Positions 15,001-27,733 of a stretch of 64,000 nucleotides of DNA are shown in pieces. The notes beneath the pieces were generated by a model, which saw only the letters and a program-made list of their open reading frames with translations, had not been told where the DNA came from and made no database searches. Numbering within the stretch: position 1 is the first letter of the stretch; the number at the start of each line of letters is the position of its first letter. A program made the position numbers and the translations under genes. Where the stretch lies: NCBI GenBank assembly GCA_965655095.1, contig OZ296657.1, positions 90,768,001 to 90,832,000 of the forward strand, given 5' to 3'. This DNA comes from Haplodiscus bocki. Lineage: Eukaryota.

Positions 15001-18000
15001 TCTGGATCGTTCTTTGGATTCAACACTGCAAAGTACGTTATCAGTTTGATCAAGGCCTATTTATTACCCATTCTTGTTAAGGAACGAGACACTGAGCCAA
15101 ATGTTATGAAGAAGACTCATCATTTTGCCTAGTTCAAGTTTGGTAACGTTCCGATGCTCGACATTTTGAAGTTTCTCGGGCGGAGCCACGAACCTTGATA
15201 CTTTCCTCAAAGCTTACAAGACAATAGAAACAAAAGTGTCCTTGCCCTATGAATGGTTCACCCACACCGACAAGTTAAATCACAGAAAATTTCCCCCTTG
15301 TGAGACCTTTTAGAATAAATTACAAAACTCCAACCGTTTAGAGAAGCAGTATCAAGACTGAAAAAATGATCAACAGCGAGTTGTCGAAGGAATGTGCCTT
15401 GACTAAATTGAAACTCTCTGAAAGACCACCTACTGGAGCTCAAAACTATCATTACTTGGAGAAAATCTAAAAAAAAATTCGGACTTTCAGGGACTTCTTG
15501 CGGTAGTTTAACATCAGAGACGTCCCGACTTTAGAGGCTATGCAGAAAAAGGTTGACTTTTATCACGAAAAGGGTATTGACATGCCTAAACTTGGAGTTA
15601 CTTTACCCAATCTCGCAAACCTGTGTCTGCACAAGTCTACTAGCGCAAATTTTTGTCCTTCCACAGAAAGCAAAGACTTGTTGGAGGAAATCCGCCGGGA
15701 CATAATTGGAGGACGTTCCATAGTGTCCAAATGTCTCGACAACCTTGCAGGCTGACTTGAACTTTCATATGGCCAAAGAGCATAGCTCAACCGAGTGAAC
15801 GGCCGTTTGCAGTCAACGGCTGTTTGCAAGTGTCACCCAAGTGGTAGACTTTCCCAGTTTCCATTACTTGCGATTACACAAGCAAAAGTTTCATGGAGCA
15901 AAAAGTGGATCAGAATCAAACAGTACTGATATTAAACATATACTCGGAGAAAAAGACGACGATGGCTTGTAAGAAGCGTTGGAAACATACAAACAGTTCC
16001 TCATCAATTCGGAGATGAAGAATCGGATTAATAGGGACTTTAGTTTTGCAATGGATTCTCTGAACGCGCACTTGTTGAATAAAAAGTTGAATCTGGTGTT
16101 TGATGGTCTCAAATGTGCAGCTGAGCTGAATATTGGGTTTGGCTTCGTTCTCAAAATTGCGAAAATTGGCAGTTGTCTGCATTACTCAAACGAAAATAAC
16201 ACACCGATGGAACGATCCAAACTCGTTGCTGCAAAAGAAATTTTGAAAAAATTAAGACGTTGCTGAACATCGTTGATGTGATTGAATCCTGTACACGAAA
16301 GCAAAGAAACACAAAGTCGAAGTTTTTCGAGTTAAGGATTGTGACTTTCTTTGGCTGGTTTGCTCGAAGAAGTTCCTATGAGGTGTACAAACGCTGTTTC
16401 ACCAAAACCACTCAATAAAAATCATTGAGTCGATTGTTGTGACGTTTGAAAAGCGCACCAGATACCATACAACGATGGTTTATGTCTTGTGATCTTTGTC
16501 ATTCCCTTTTCACGGTTAAGACAAACTGGAAGAAGAGACGTCTAAATTGTTCGCTGCCCATCTACAGAACATGGAAGATGTTGATGCAGCCAGTTTCCAG
16601 GGCTTCGTATGAACGTTGTTCCAATCGCTGAAGACTTGATCAAAACCAACGTTTTTCTGTACGACATTGATATTGTCGATGGAGGTCTTGTTGGAGAACT
16701 TGCGAGAAGAACTGAAAGGTTTTCAAACTTTGCTGTTGTTACGTTACAATAGTCACAATTGCGGTTTCCAATATCAATGATCCCTTCCAAGTTTGTCGTT
16801 GCCCGTCCTGTGATCAGTTCATCAAAAAAAGCTGGGAACCTGGACAGGCATTTATTAACTTGCGAAGAACGAGCTGAGCATATGCTGCCAGAAAATGTGT
16901 ATCAGCTCCGTGAAACACTTGGCAAACTAAATCCTTTTGATATCCCGTACACAAATGAAGAGATTTTCAAGAAATTGGCTATTTTTCAGTGAGTGAAGTT
17001 TTGTAAAGCATGAAGAATTCAAAGATAGAGGTAGTACAACATGGATCGGAAATGTATCACAGTTTCCGTTTCAATATCATCTTATCTTTTAGAAAATCCT
17101 ACATTACCCTGCAAAGTTGAGCCTCGTGACTTGCTGTCATCTTTCACTGATGCTGTGAAAAACCTTGCTACGCAAAGTAAAGCGCAAATGGAAAACAATT
17201 TCTTGCAAGTTGAAGCAACAATACGAAACAAACTTGGAATGATTTGCGAATTTCGTAATCGACATCGCACCCATATAATCGACATTGAAGAGGACTGTCT
17301 CGAAGATGATTTTGATAATGTCTTAAGACAGTTGCTACAAATCCCATAAAAATCAGCTGACTGATTTCTGGATCGTTCTTTGGATTCAACACTGCAAAGT
17401 ACGTTATCAGTTTGATCAAGGCCTATTTATTACCCATTCTTGTTAAGGAACGAGACACTGAGCCAAATGTTATGAAGAAGACTCATCATTTTGCCTAGTT
17501 CAAGTTTGGTAACGTTCCGATGCTCGACATTTTGAAGTTTCTCGGGCGGAGCCACGAACCTTGATACTTTCCTCAAAGCTTACAAGACAATAGAAACAAA
17601 AGTGTCCTTGCCCTATGAATGGTTCACCCACACCGACAAGTTAAATCACAGAAAATTTCCCCCTTGTGAGACCTTTTAGAATAAATTACAAAACTCCAAC
17701 CGTTTAGAGAAGCAGTATCAAGACTGAAAAAATGATCAACAGCGAGTTGTCGAAGGAATGTGCCTTGACTAAATTGAAACTCTCTGAAAGACCACCTACT
17801 GGAGCTCAAAACTATCATTACTTGGAGAAAATCTAAAAAAAAATTCGGACTTTCAGGGACTTCTTGCGGTAGTTTAACATCAGAGACGTCCCGACTTTAG
17901 AGGCTATGCAGAAAAAGGTTGACTTTTATCACGAAAAGGGTATTGACATGCCTAAACTTGGAGTTACTTTACCCAATCTCGCAAACCTGTGTCTGCACAA

Positions 18001-21000
18001 GTCTACTAGCGCAAATTTTTGTCCTTCCACAGAAAGCAAAGACTTGTTGGAGGAAATCCGCCGGGACATAATTGGAGGACGTTCCATAGTGTCCAAATGT
18101 CTCGACAACCTTGCAGGCTGACTTGAACTTTCATATGGCCAAAGAGCATAGCTCAACCGAGTGAACGGCCGTTTGCAGTCAACGGCTGTTTGCAAGTGTC
18201 ACCCAAGTGGTAGACTTTCCCAGTTTCCATTACTTGCGATTACACAAGCAAAAGTTTCATGGAGCAAAAAGTGGATCAGAATCAAACAGTACTGATATTA
18301 AACATATACTCGGAGAAAAAGACGACGATGGCTTGTAAGAAGCGTTGGAAACATACAAACAGTTCCTCATCAATTCTGAGATGAAGAATCGGATTGATAG
18401 GGACTTTAGCTTTGCAATCGATTCTATGAACGCGCACTTGTTGAAGAAAAAGTTGAATCTGGTGTTTGATATGATAGTCTCAAATGTGCAGCTGAGCTGA
18501 ATATTGGGTTTGGCTTCGTTCTCAAAATTGCGAAAATTGGCAGTTGTCTCCATTACTCAAACGAAAATAACACACCGATGGAACGATCCAAACTCGTTGC
18601 TGCAAAAGAAATTTTGAAAAAATTAAGACGTTGCTGAACATCGTTGATGTGATTGAATCCTGTACACGAAAGCAAAGAAACACAAAGTCGAAGTTTTTCG
18701 AGTTAAGGATTGTGACTTTCTTTTGCTGGTTTGCTCGAAGAAGTTCCTATGAGGTGTACAAACGCTGTTTCACCAAAACCACTCAATAAAAATCATTGAG
18801 TCGATTGTTGTGACGTTTGAAAAGCGCACCAGATACCATACAACGATGGTTTATGTCTTGTGATCTTTGTCATTCCCTTTTCACGGTTAAGACAAACTGG
18901 AAGAAGAGACGTCTAAATTGTTCGCTGCCCATCTACAGAACATGGAAGATGTTGATGGAGCCAGTTTCCAGGGCTTCGTATGAACGTTGTTCCAATCGCT
19001 GAAGACTTGATCAAAACCAACGTTTTTCTGTACGACATTGATATTGTCGATGGAAGTCTTGTTGGAGAACTTGCGAGAAGAACTGAAAGGTTTTCAAACT
19101 TTGCTGTTGTTACGTTACAATAGTCACAATTGCGGTTTCCAATATCAATGATCCCTTCCAAGTTTGTCGTTGCCCGTCCTGTGATCAGTTCATCAAAAAA
19201 AGCTGGGAACCTGGACAGGCATTTATTAACTTGCGAAGAACGAGCTGAGCATATGCTGCCAGAAAATGTGTATCAGTTCCGTGAAACACTTGGCAAACTA
19301 AATCCTTTTGATATCCCGTACACAAATGAAGAGATTTTCAAGAAATTGGCTATTTTTCAGTGAGTGAAGTTTTGTAAAGCATGAGGAATTCAAAGATAGA
19401 GGTAGTACAACATGGATCGGAAATGTATCACAGTTTCCGTTTCAATATCATCTTATCTTTTAGAAAATCCTACATTACCCTGCAAAGTTGAGCCTCGTGA
19501 CTTGCTGTCATCTTTCACTGATGCTGTGAAAAACCTTGCTACGCAAAGTAAAGCGCAAATGGAAAACAATTTCTTGCAAGTTGAAGCAACAATACGAAAC
19601 AAACTTGGAATGATTTGCGAATTTCGTAATCGACATCGCACCCATATAATCGACATTGAAGAGGACTGTCTCGAAGATGTTTTTGATAATGTCTTAAGAC
19701 AGTTGCTACAAATCCCATAAAAATCAGCTGACTGATTTCTGGATCGTTCTTTGGATTCAACACTGCAAAGTACGTTATCAGTTTGATCAAGGCCTATTTA
19801 TTACCCATTCTTGTTAAGGAACGAGACACTGAGCCAAATGTTATGAAGAAGACTCATCATTTTGCCTAGTTCAAGTTTGGTAACGTTCCGATGCTCGACA
19901 TTTTGAAGTTTCTCGGCGGAGCCACGAACCTTGATACTTTCCTCAAAGCTTACAAGACAATAGAAACAAAAGTGTCCTTGCCCTATGAATGGTTCACCCA
20001 CACCGACAAGTTAAATCACAGAAAATTTCCCCCTTGTGAGACCTTTTAGAATAAATTACAAAACTCCAACCGTTTAGAGAAGCAGTATCAAGACTGAAAA
20101 AATGATCAACAGCGAGTTGTCGAAGGAATGTGCCTTGACTAAATTGAAACTCTCTGAAAGACCACCTACTGGAGCTCAAAACTATCATTACTTGGAGAAA
20201 ATCTAAAAAAAAATTCGGACTTTCAGGGACTTCTTGCGGTAGTTGAACATCAGAGACGTCCCGACTTTAGAGGCTATGCAGAAAAAGGTTGACTTTTATC
20301 ACGAAAAGGGTATTGACATGCCTAAACTTGGAGTTACTTTACCCAATCTCGCAAACCTGTGTCTGCACAAGTCTACTAGCGCAAATTTTTGTCCTTCCAC
20401 AGAAAGCAAAGACTTGTTGGAGGAAATCCGCCGGGACATAATTGGAGGACGTTCCATAGTGTCCAAATGTCTCGACAACCTTGCAGGCTGACTTGAACTT
20501 TCATATGGCCAAAGAGCATAGCTCAACCGAGTGAACGGCCGTTTGCAGTCAACGGCTGTTTGCAAGTGTCACCCAAGTGGTAGACTTTCCCAGTTTCCAT
20601 TACTTGCGATTACACAAGCAAAAGTTTCATGGAGCAAAAAGTGGATCAGAATCAAACAGTACTGATATTAAACATATACTCGGAGAAAAAGACGACGATG
20701 GCTTGTAAGAAGCGTTGGAAACATACAAACAGTTCCTCATCAATTCTGAGATGAAGAATCGGATTGATAGGGACTTTAGCTTTGCAATCGATTCTATGAA
20801 CGCGCACTTGTTGAATAAAAAGTTGAATCTGGTGTTTGATATGATAGTCTCAAATGTGCAGCTGAGCTGAATATTGGGTTTGGCTTCGTTCTCAAAATTG
20901 CGGAAATTGGCAGTTGTCTCCATTACTCAAACGAAAATAACGCACTGATGGAACGATCCAAACTCGTTGCTGCAAAACAAATTTTGAAAAAATTAAGACG

Positions 21001-22840
21001 TTGCTGAACATCGTTGATGTGATTGAATCCTGTACACGAAAGCGAAGAAACACAAAGTCGATCTTTTTCGAGTTAAGGATTGTGACTTTCTTTTGCTGGT
21101 TTGCTCGAAGAAGTTCCTATGAGGTGTACAAACGCTGTTCCACCAAAACCACTCATTAAAAATCATTGAGTCGATTGTTGTGACGTTTGAAAAGGGCACC
21201 AGATACCATACAACGATGGTTTATGTCTTGTGATCTTTGTCATTCCCTTTTCACGGTTAAGACAAACTGGAAGAAGAGACGTCTAAATTGTTTGCTGCCT
21301 ATCTACAGAACATGGAAGATGTTGATGCAGCCAGTTTCCAGGGCTTCGTATGAACGATGTTCCAATCGCTGAAGACTTGATCAAAACCAACGTTTTTCTG
21401 TACGACATTGATATTGTCGATGGAGGTCTTGTTGGAGAACGTGCGAGAAGAACTGAAAGGTTTTCAAACTTTGCTGTTGTTACGTTACAATAGTCACAAT
21501 TGCGGTTTCCAATATCAATGATCCCTTCCAAGTTTATCGTTGCCCGTCCTGTGATCAGTTCATCAAAAAACCCGGGAACCTGGACAGTTTTTTATTAACT
21601 TGCGAAGAACGAGCTCAGCATATGCTGCCAGAAAACGTGTATCAGCTCCGTGAAACACTTGGCAAACTAAATCCTTTTGATATCCCGTACACAAATGAAG
21701 AGGTTTTCAAGAAATTGGCTGTTTTTCACTGAGTGAAGTTTTTGTAAAGCATGAAGAATTCAAAGTTACAGGTAGTACAACATGGATCGGAAATGTATCC
21801 CAGTTTCCGTTTCAATATCATCTTATCTTTTAGAAAATCCTACATTACCCTGCAAAGTTGAGCCTCGTGACTTGCTGTCATCTTTCATTGATGCTGTGAA
21901 AAACCTTGCTACGCAAAGTAAAGCGCAAATGAAAAACTATTTCTTGCAAGTTGAAGCAACAATACGAAACAAACTTGGAATGATTCGCGAAATTCGTAGT
22001 GGACATCGCACCCATATAATCGACATTGAAGAGGACTGTCTCGAAGATGATTTTGATAATGTCTTAAGACAGTTGCTACAAATCCGATAAAAATCAGCTG
22101 ACTGATTTCTGGATCGCTTCTTTGGATTCAAGACTGCAAAGTACGTTATGAGTTTGATCAAGGCCTATTTATTACCCATTCTTGTTAAGGAACGAGACAC
22201 TGAGCCAAATGTTATGAAGAAGGCTCATCATTTTGCCTAGTTCAAGTTCGGTAACGTTCCGATGCTCGACATTTTGAAGTTTCTCGGCGGAGCCACGAAC
22301 CTTGATACTTTCCTCAAAGCTTACAAGACAAAATAGAAACAAAAGTGTCCTTGCCCTATGAATGGTTCACCCACACCGACAAGTTAAATCACAGAAAATT
22401 TCCCCCTTGTGAGACCTTTTAGAGTAAATTACAAAACTCCAACCGTTTAGAGAAGCAGTATCAAGACTGAAAAAATGATCAACAGCGAGTTGTCGAAGGA
22501 ATGTGCCTTGACTAAATTGAAACTCTCTGAAAGACCACCTACTGGAGCTCAAAACTATCAATACTTGGAGAAAATCTAAAAAAAAATTCGGACTTTCAGG
22601 GACTTCTTGCGGTAGTGTAACATCAAAGACGTTGTCCCGACTTTAGAGGCTATGCAGAAAAAGTTTGACTTTTATCACGAAAAGGGTATTGGCATGCCTA
22701 AACTTGGAGTTACTTTACCCAATCTCGCAAACCTGTGTCTGCACAAGTCTACTAGCGCAAATTTTTGTCCTTCCACAGAAAGCAAAACAGACTTGTTGGA
22801 GGAAATCCGCCGGGACATAATTGGAGGACGTTCCATAGTG
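1..22840 (+). repeat. Tandem macrosatellite, 2366-2379 bp unit, about 9.6 copies, derived from a Polinton/adintovirus-like polB pseudogene
   Basis: The same ORF recurs at 459, 2828, 5200, 7569, 9938, 12306, 14675, 17041, 19412 and 21782. Unit junction ...GTG|TCCAAATG places unit starts at 1512, 3884, 6253, 8622, 10991, 13360, 15726, 18092 and 20462; the last unit ends at 22840. Confidence 0.98.
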
Positions 22841-23465
22841 CTTACACGTAAAGGTATTGTTGACGAGACTTTTCGCAAACATTTGCAAATCACCTTTTGG
22901 TATTGACGCTAGCCAAATTGACCCATTTTCCATGTGTCAGGCCATACCAACAGGACTTTTTAGTGGATACGAATTTGACAAAGATTTGCAAAGATTCAAG
23001 CACAAACAAAAGAAGACACGAGGCTTCGAAAATATGGATATGTGTTCTTTCCAACGAGTTAGACCCGATTGTAAAATTGAGAGCTTCTACACCACAGGAA
23101 CTGAAAAGAGAGATTGTTTCAATGCCGACGGTTTTTGTGCGCATTGTGGCACCGTGTTTGAAGCCATGGGATGATTTTAACATTACTGTTTGTCAGGAGG
23201 CACGACTCTGTCGAACAGGAGAGGTCATTGAACGCGGAATTAAAAAGGCCATTGGATGAAACGCGAGAACATTACCTCAAAGGAAAAGGTTACGAATTCG
23301 TGGAAATGTCAGTGGTGGTCATTAAACAAGACAGATGCTTCAGTGGAGCAACCTTTGAGCCCTTCCAGGAGACCATTGAGAGGACAGTTTTTGAATAAAT
23401 CAAGAATCGGGTTCGTTGTTTGGTTATGTACCCTGTGATATTCATGTTCCAGAGAGTCTGAGAAC
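20462..23465 (+). pseudogene. Polinton/Maverick (adintovirus-like) protein-primed DNA polymerase B, decayed and 3'-truncated
   Basis: N-terminal C2H2-like fingers (CPNVSTTLQADLNFHMAKEH; DFPSFHYLRLH..H), an ExoIII-like NIKDVV motif, IIGGRSIV (YxGG-like), motif A-like GIDASQIDPFSM, and DGFCAHCGTVFEAMG (nuclease-like insertion). Many stops and frameshifts. Confidence 0.8.
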
Positions 23466-23484
23466 ATGACATCTAGACTTTACT

Positions 23485-24062
23485 GATGACATTAAGGACG
23501 CACCCTTGTCTAAACCATTTTTCACAAGGAGATTGACGTTGCTTAGTAGACCCGATGGCTTCATGTTGTGTGGTAAATTGGGTGTTGATTTTTTTCTGAA
23601 TTGCTCTATCTAATACGAAAGTTAGGCTACGACTAATCAGAGCCAGACCTGATTTTTACTTGATAAGTGCGACCCCAACATTCTCAACAAGGCTCCAGTT
23701 CGTCTGAAATGTTAGTCTAGGATTTCTCGATTGTTCGCTTCACACCCGTCGTATTGCTCTCAAGTATGATTATCACTGGAAAGGACATGCTTGCATATAC
23801 TCCCGAGGAGTTCATTTGCTCGAATGCTCTAGCATAGACTTCATTCATTCGCGCTACTCTAACCCATTTCATTCGAGAAAACATTTTCAACAACGCTCGA
23901 GCACGTCTGATTGCTGTTTCAATGAATACCAACTCTGAATTTACTGGATCATACTCTGAAAATCCTTTCTGGTATCAACGGTTCGATCTCAGATAAATTC
24001 GAATACTCAGAGGAGGTCAGCCACTTGTTGACATTGATGCTGCTGATAAATGTCGCCTTCTC
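23485..24062 (+). pseudogene. Polinton-type double jelly-roll major capsid protein fragment
   Basis: Manual translation gives GKLGVDFF, VRLRLIRARPDFYL, and ENIFNNARARLIAVSMNTNSEFTGSYSENPFWYQRFDLR*IRILRGGQ. This matches the Polinton capsid pattern N..F.G....NPF.(F/Y)..F.L..I. Confidence 0.7.
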
Positions 24063-24379
24063 GGCTCCTATTACCTGTCTTAATACATTAGGTTCTTCAA
24101 CCCCTGGCTGTCTTGGTCTCCTTTATGCTTCTTGCACTCCATATCTCAATACATGCCGAACAAACTCGGATCTTCTCGCCTATCTTAGTACATTCCATCT
24201 CTCGACTCCACCGAGCACTTACCCTAAACGTATTTTAATACATCGACCCCAAGTGTTAACCTAGCACACCCGAAGGGACCTCCACCCGAAGAAAACCGTT
24301 TTTGTCATTCAATCGGCTCTCGCAAACTTTAGCCTATCTTAAAATATGGAAACGTCCACCACCCCCAACTATCTGCTCA

Positions 24380-26128
24380 CCCTCTTACTACTTGTATCTC
24401 GTGTTGTCCCATGAGGCTGTAGACTCTTTCCCCAGTCCTGGAAATGGGTAGCTGTGAAAGCTTCTCCACGGGGACGTTTCGAGGGCATGTTCTCTGGCTC
24501 GAAGCAGTATTACAGCCCGAGACTGTCACAACAATCAAATATGGTGAGGTTGAAACCGTATCGCTTCTTGGGCAAGGCAGCGATCCAGCTTGTCGCTCCT
24601 TTTTCGGTAAGTAGTGAGACAATGTATTGTTGACTTTTCGTCTAGCCCGGTTCTTTTGGCACTGATTTTCAGCAGTGTACTGTTTTTACTGAATTGCTTC
24701 GAGTTGTGTGTGGCATAAGTGTGTCAATAGTTTTCGTATACTCTCCTAATTTCTTCGTCTAGTTTTCCCGACGAGTGCGCCGATCAAATGACACGAAGTT
24801 TGATCATTTTTTCCGGTATCCCGGCTCCGAAACATGTCCTATGCTTTTGTGAAAAATTCTGTATATGTTAGTTGGTGTTCAGTGATGTCTCCGGGCGGAG
24901 TTCCGTGGAGTGGAAACTTCTGATCTAAACTCCAAAGTTGTTCGACGTTTCCTGCGTTTCCGTCGTCTGCATACTCATCTTGGGTCACATTGGTTTCTTC
25001 GAGTAGGTCCATGAGGGGCAACAGTGCTAACTCATACCTGGACAATGCCTACGGTTTTCCCTGAGTTGTTCCATCTTAAGACAAAATGGTTTTACTGTTA
25101 ACGCGTGACTTGTGGGTGCTCCGCTTGAATTACCCAGGGCTGTGGCTGTGATGATTATCGCGGGACGGTTTCTTTTGGTGTTCCACAAAGCCAGGTTTCT
25201 GTTTGTACTGTTGAAGGTGTTTTTTGCATCGATCAGAAAAATCGCCTCGATCTCCCTGGGGTCAAATTTCCGCCGAGTTTGTGTGTGGATTGTTCATTGT
25301 CACATTTTTGACCCTGACGAAGGTGCTTGTGTGGGCTTGGAACCTTTAAATCGTTACTGATACATCTAAGATTGTTCCTTCCGATGATGCCTCCAGAACT
25401 TCCCTACACCTATTGGCCGTACTCCACTCCTGGATTTCTATCAAAAATATGAGACGCCAGGTGTTATTGGGCGTCAGACTACCATCATGGAGATAATCTG
25501 TAGCTAATTATCGAACAAGTTTTTCAAGGGCGGTACATAGGTTTCTCGATGATTGATTAAAATTTAGAGGCCGTCAGCGCCGGACATTCTCGTCTACATC
25601 GGTTTGCTCATGGCTTCCATGTATCACCAGGGAGCTTTTTTTTGATCCGAGAAGCGTTTATTCCATCCAACTTGGTAGAATGATGTTCGTTCTGTGTTAA
25701 CTGTGACATTTAAATTGTTTTTCTTGCAAAGTCTGCATTGCTGTTTTTCATCCTATTTCATCATGGAGGGAAAGCACACCCCCTTTTGTCTCGTCTGGGG
25801 CCCTTAATGCTTCGGAAATTTTCGCAGTGGTCATCTCCATTTCACGGTATTTCATTGCATCGTAGCCATTAGCTCCTCTTTGTTGAGCATATTGTTGCAA
25901 CGCTTTTGCTTCTCTGACAAGGGCTCCAAATCTACCACTCAACCTGTCATTCAGTCGTATCAAGGGTCTTACTGATTGAAGCGTCGTGCGCGCCCTTAGT
26001 TCAAGCGAAAATCAGATGAGGCATGAGAATGGCGAAATAAAGAGCTGATTCGAAATGTTATGTGTTTTCAGGTGTTTGTTCACAAATGATATGAAGGCTG
26101 TCGATGGAACAATTTCGTTTTGTATTTA
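24380..26128 (-). mobile_element. CRE-like (restriction-like endonuclease group) non-LTR retrotransposon, 3' part, decayed
   Basis: Minus-strand motifs: ALYFAILMPHLI, LVREAKALQ, VRPIGVG..IIG, LIDAKNTFNSTNR, GTTQG, YADDG, SWIAALPKKRYGFNL, and a decayed zinc knuckle. Confidence 0.8.
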
Positions 26129-26133
26129 CTGAG
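26129..26133 (+). other. Target-site duplication CTGAG, left copy (right copy 38860-38864)
   Basis: Identical 5-mer immediately outside both LTRs. Confidence 0.93.
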
Positions 26134-26406
26134 TGTAATATTTTTTGAATATTAGTATGCAAATTTCATGTATCGGCGCTAATTGTAGATTAGAAAGAAA
26201 TCCATCAATTTACAATGTGACCCTAAATTTAGATTGGAGCTATCTGTCTATAGTAATAAAAACCCAACCCCGGACCGGATAATAGTGATATCCGGAGCAA
26301 TAAAAAGCAATAAAAAGTAAATTATAATTGACCCCCTCAATATCCGCATGAGTGATTTGATAAAAAAAATATATTGGTTAACTTCCGCATATAAAAAAAA
26401 TATATA

Positions 26407-26440
<34 letters not shown>

Positions 26441-26571
26441 GGGCCCCTATTGAAGAGTTGTTTGTAAACGATTGACAATAAAATCTTTTCTAAAAAGTCA
26501 TCCTCACGCCCCGCTCTGAAGAAAGTTAAAACAAAAGATCTCAGGATTGGAAACCACCCAAAAATTTTACA
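26134..26571 (+). repeat. 5' LTR (438 bp)
   Basis: TGTAATA...TTTTACA; direct repeat of 38430-38859; internal AATAAA signals and (AT)n/(AG)n tracts. Confidence 0.96.
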
Positions 26572-26589
26572 TGGTGACAGGAAGGAAGT
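26572..26589 (+). promoter_or_regulatory. Putative primer-binding site; tRNA not assigned
   Basis: TGGTGACAGGAAGG begins directly after the LTR's terminal CA; TGG is complementary to tRNA CCA. Confidence 0.6.
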
Positions 26590-26609
26590 GAGGACAACTT
26601 CAAATCGAA

Positions 26610-27733
26610 ATGGCAGCTGCAAACCCTCAACCACACATCACACTCAACCCTTTCCGCGGAAATCAGACGAAAACTGGCCATATTTTGAGACATTACTCAG
26701 AAGTCTAATCAACGTCGGAAATATCGCAGCGGGAAACCAACCGCAATTCCTACAACTTCATTTACTTGACCAAGCCTTACAGTTCTTCAGAACTTTACCA
26801 CAAGCAACTAGAGACAATTTTGAATTATCAATTACAGCCCTCAGAAATCACTATTGTAACCCAAATCTCAGGGAACTTCACAAACTGCAACTTCAGAATT
26901 TGAAGTTCGACCACAAAACAGGTAACCCAGAAGACTTTCTTGTACAAGTACAAATTAAAGCAACACAAGCTTATCCTGACCCAGTATTTGCTCCAATTCC
27001 ACCTGCAAACCCACCTGGAGACTAAGCCGAAATAGACAGAGTAGCAGCAGCGCAAGCAGCAAATCAAGTAATCTTGAACAATGCTGTAAATGAGAGAAAC
27101 AGAAGAATTAAAGAAATCTTCACAAATGCAATGCCAACTTTTATTAAAAGAAAATTGTTGGACCAAAATGAAGCAGCAACAGTACAGGACTTATGTACAG
27201 TGGCTAGACGACAGATGGTATTTTTCGAACTCTGCCCAAGTGACGATTGGTCAAGAGATGCATTCAATGAGGTGAGTTCATCACTTTCAGAAAAATTGGT
27301 CGGAGCACTAACGAAGCTCACACAATAGCAAGAAGAACTGAAACAACAACAGACTGACCTCTCGAACAGAATCAGTTCGCTGAACGACAACCAGACAACA
27401 AACCAGAACTATACTAGAAATAACCAGCAGCAGTACTACAGAGGAAATAACAGATTTAACAACCCACGAGAATTTAGAGGACGTGGAGATTTCAACAGAG
27501 GACGCGGACGATTCAACAACAGCAGAGGATACTACGGCATGAACTACAACCGATATAACAACCCCCAAATACAAGAGTCGTCAAATAATGGACATATCGC
27601 GCAGACTGGTTACTCAAAGCAAATCTGTTATACTTGTGGATACCCAAACCATTATGCAAGAAACTGCAACCAGAGGAAACCGGCCAACAGAAATCAACAA
27701 ATTCCTTACCAAACAGCACCAAAAAACGAATAA
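26610..27733 (+). pseudogene. gag: Gag (capsid-like region, RG-rich linker, CCHC zinc knuckle)
   Basis: ATG at 26610 (MAAANPQPHITLNPFRG), frameshift near 26665, stops at 27023 and 27326; C-terminal CYTCGYPNHYARNC. Confidence 0.88.
27721..27727 (+). promoter_or_regulatory. -1 ribosomal frameshift slippery heptamer A_AAA_AAC
   Basis: In X_XXY_YYZ register with gag, just before the gag stop. The -1 frame is the protease frame (LIDTGA, Asp codon at 27877). Confidence 0.75.

Noticed and set aside
459-22561. Dozens of repeated short ORFs on both strands as a multi-gene cassette
   Set aside because: Plus-strand ORFs are fragments of one broken polB gene; minus-strand ORFs are shadows.
1-22840. CRISPR-like or spacer-acquiring array
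   Set aside because: Units are homologous along their full length, with no unique spacers.
26248-26634. Hydrophobic minus-strand ORF (also 38633-38845)
   Set aside because: Translation of AT-rich and microsatellite LTR sequence.
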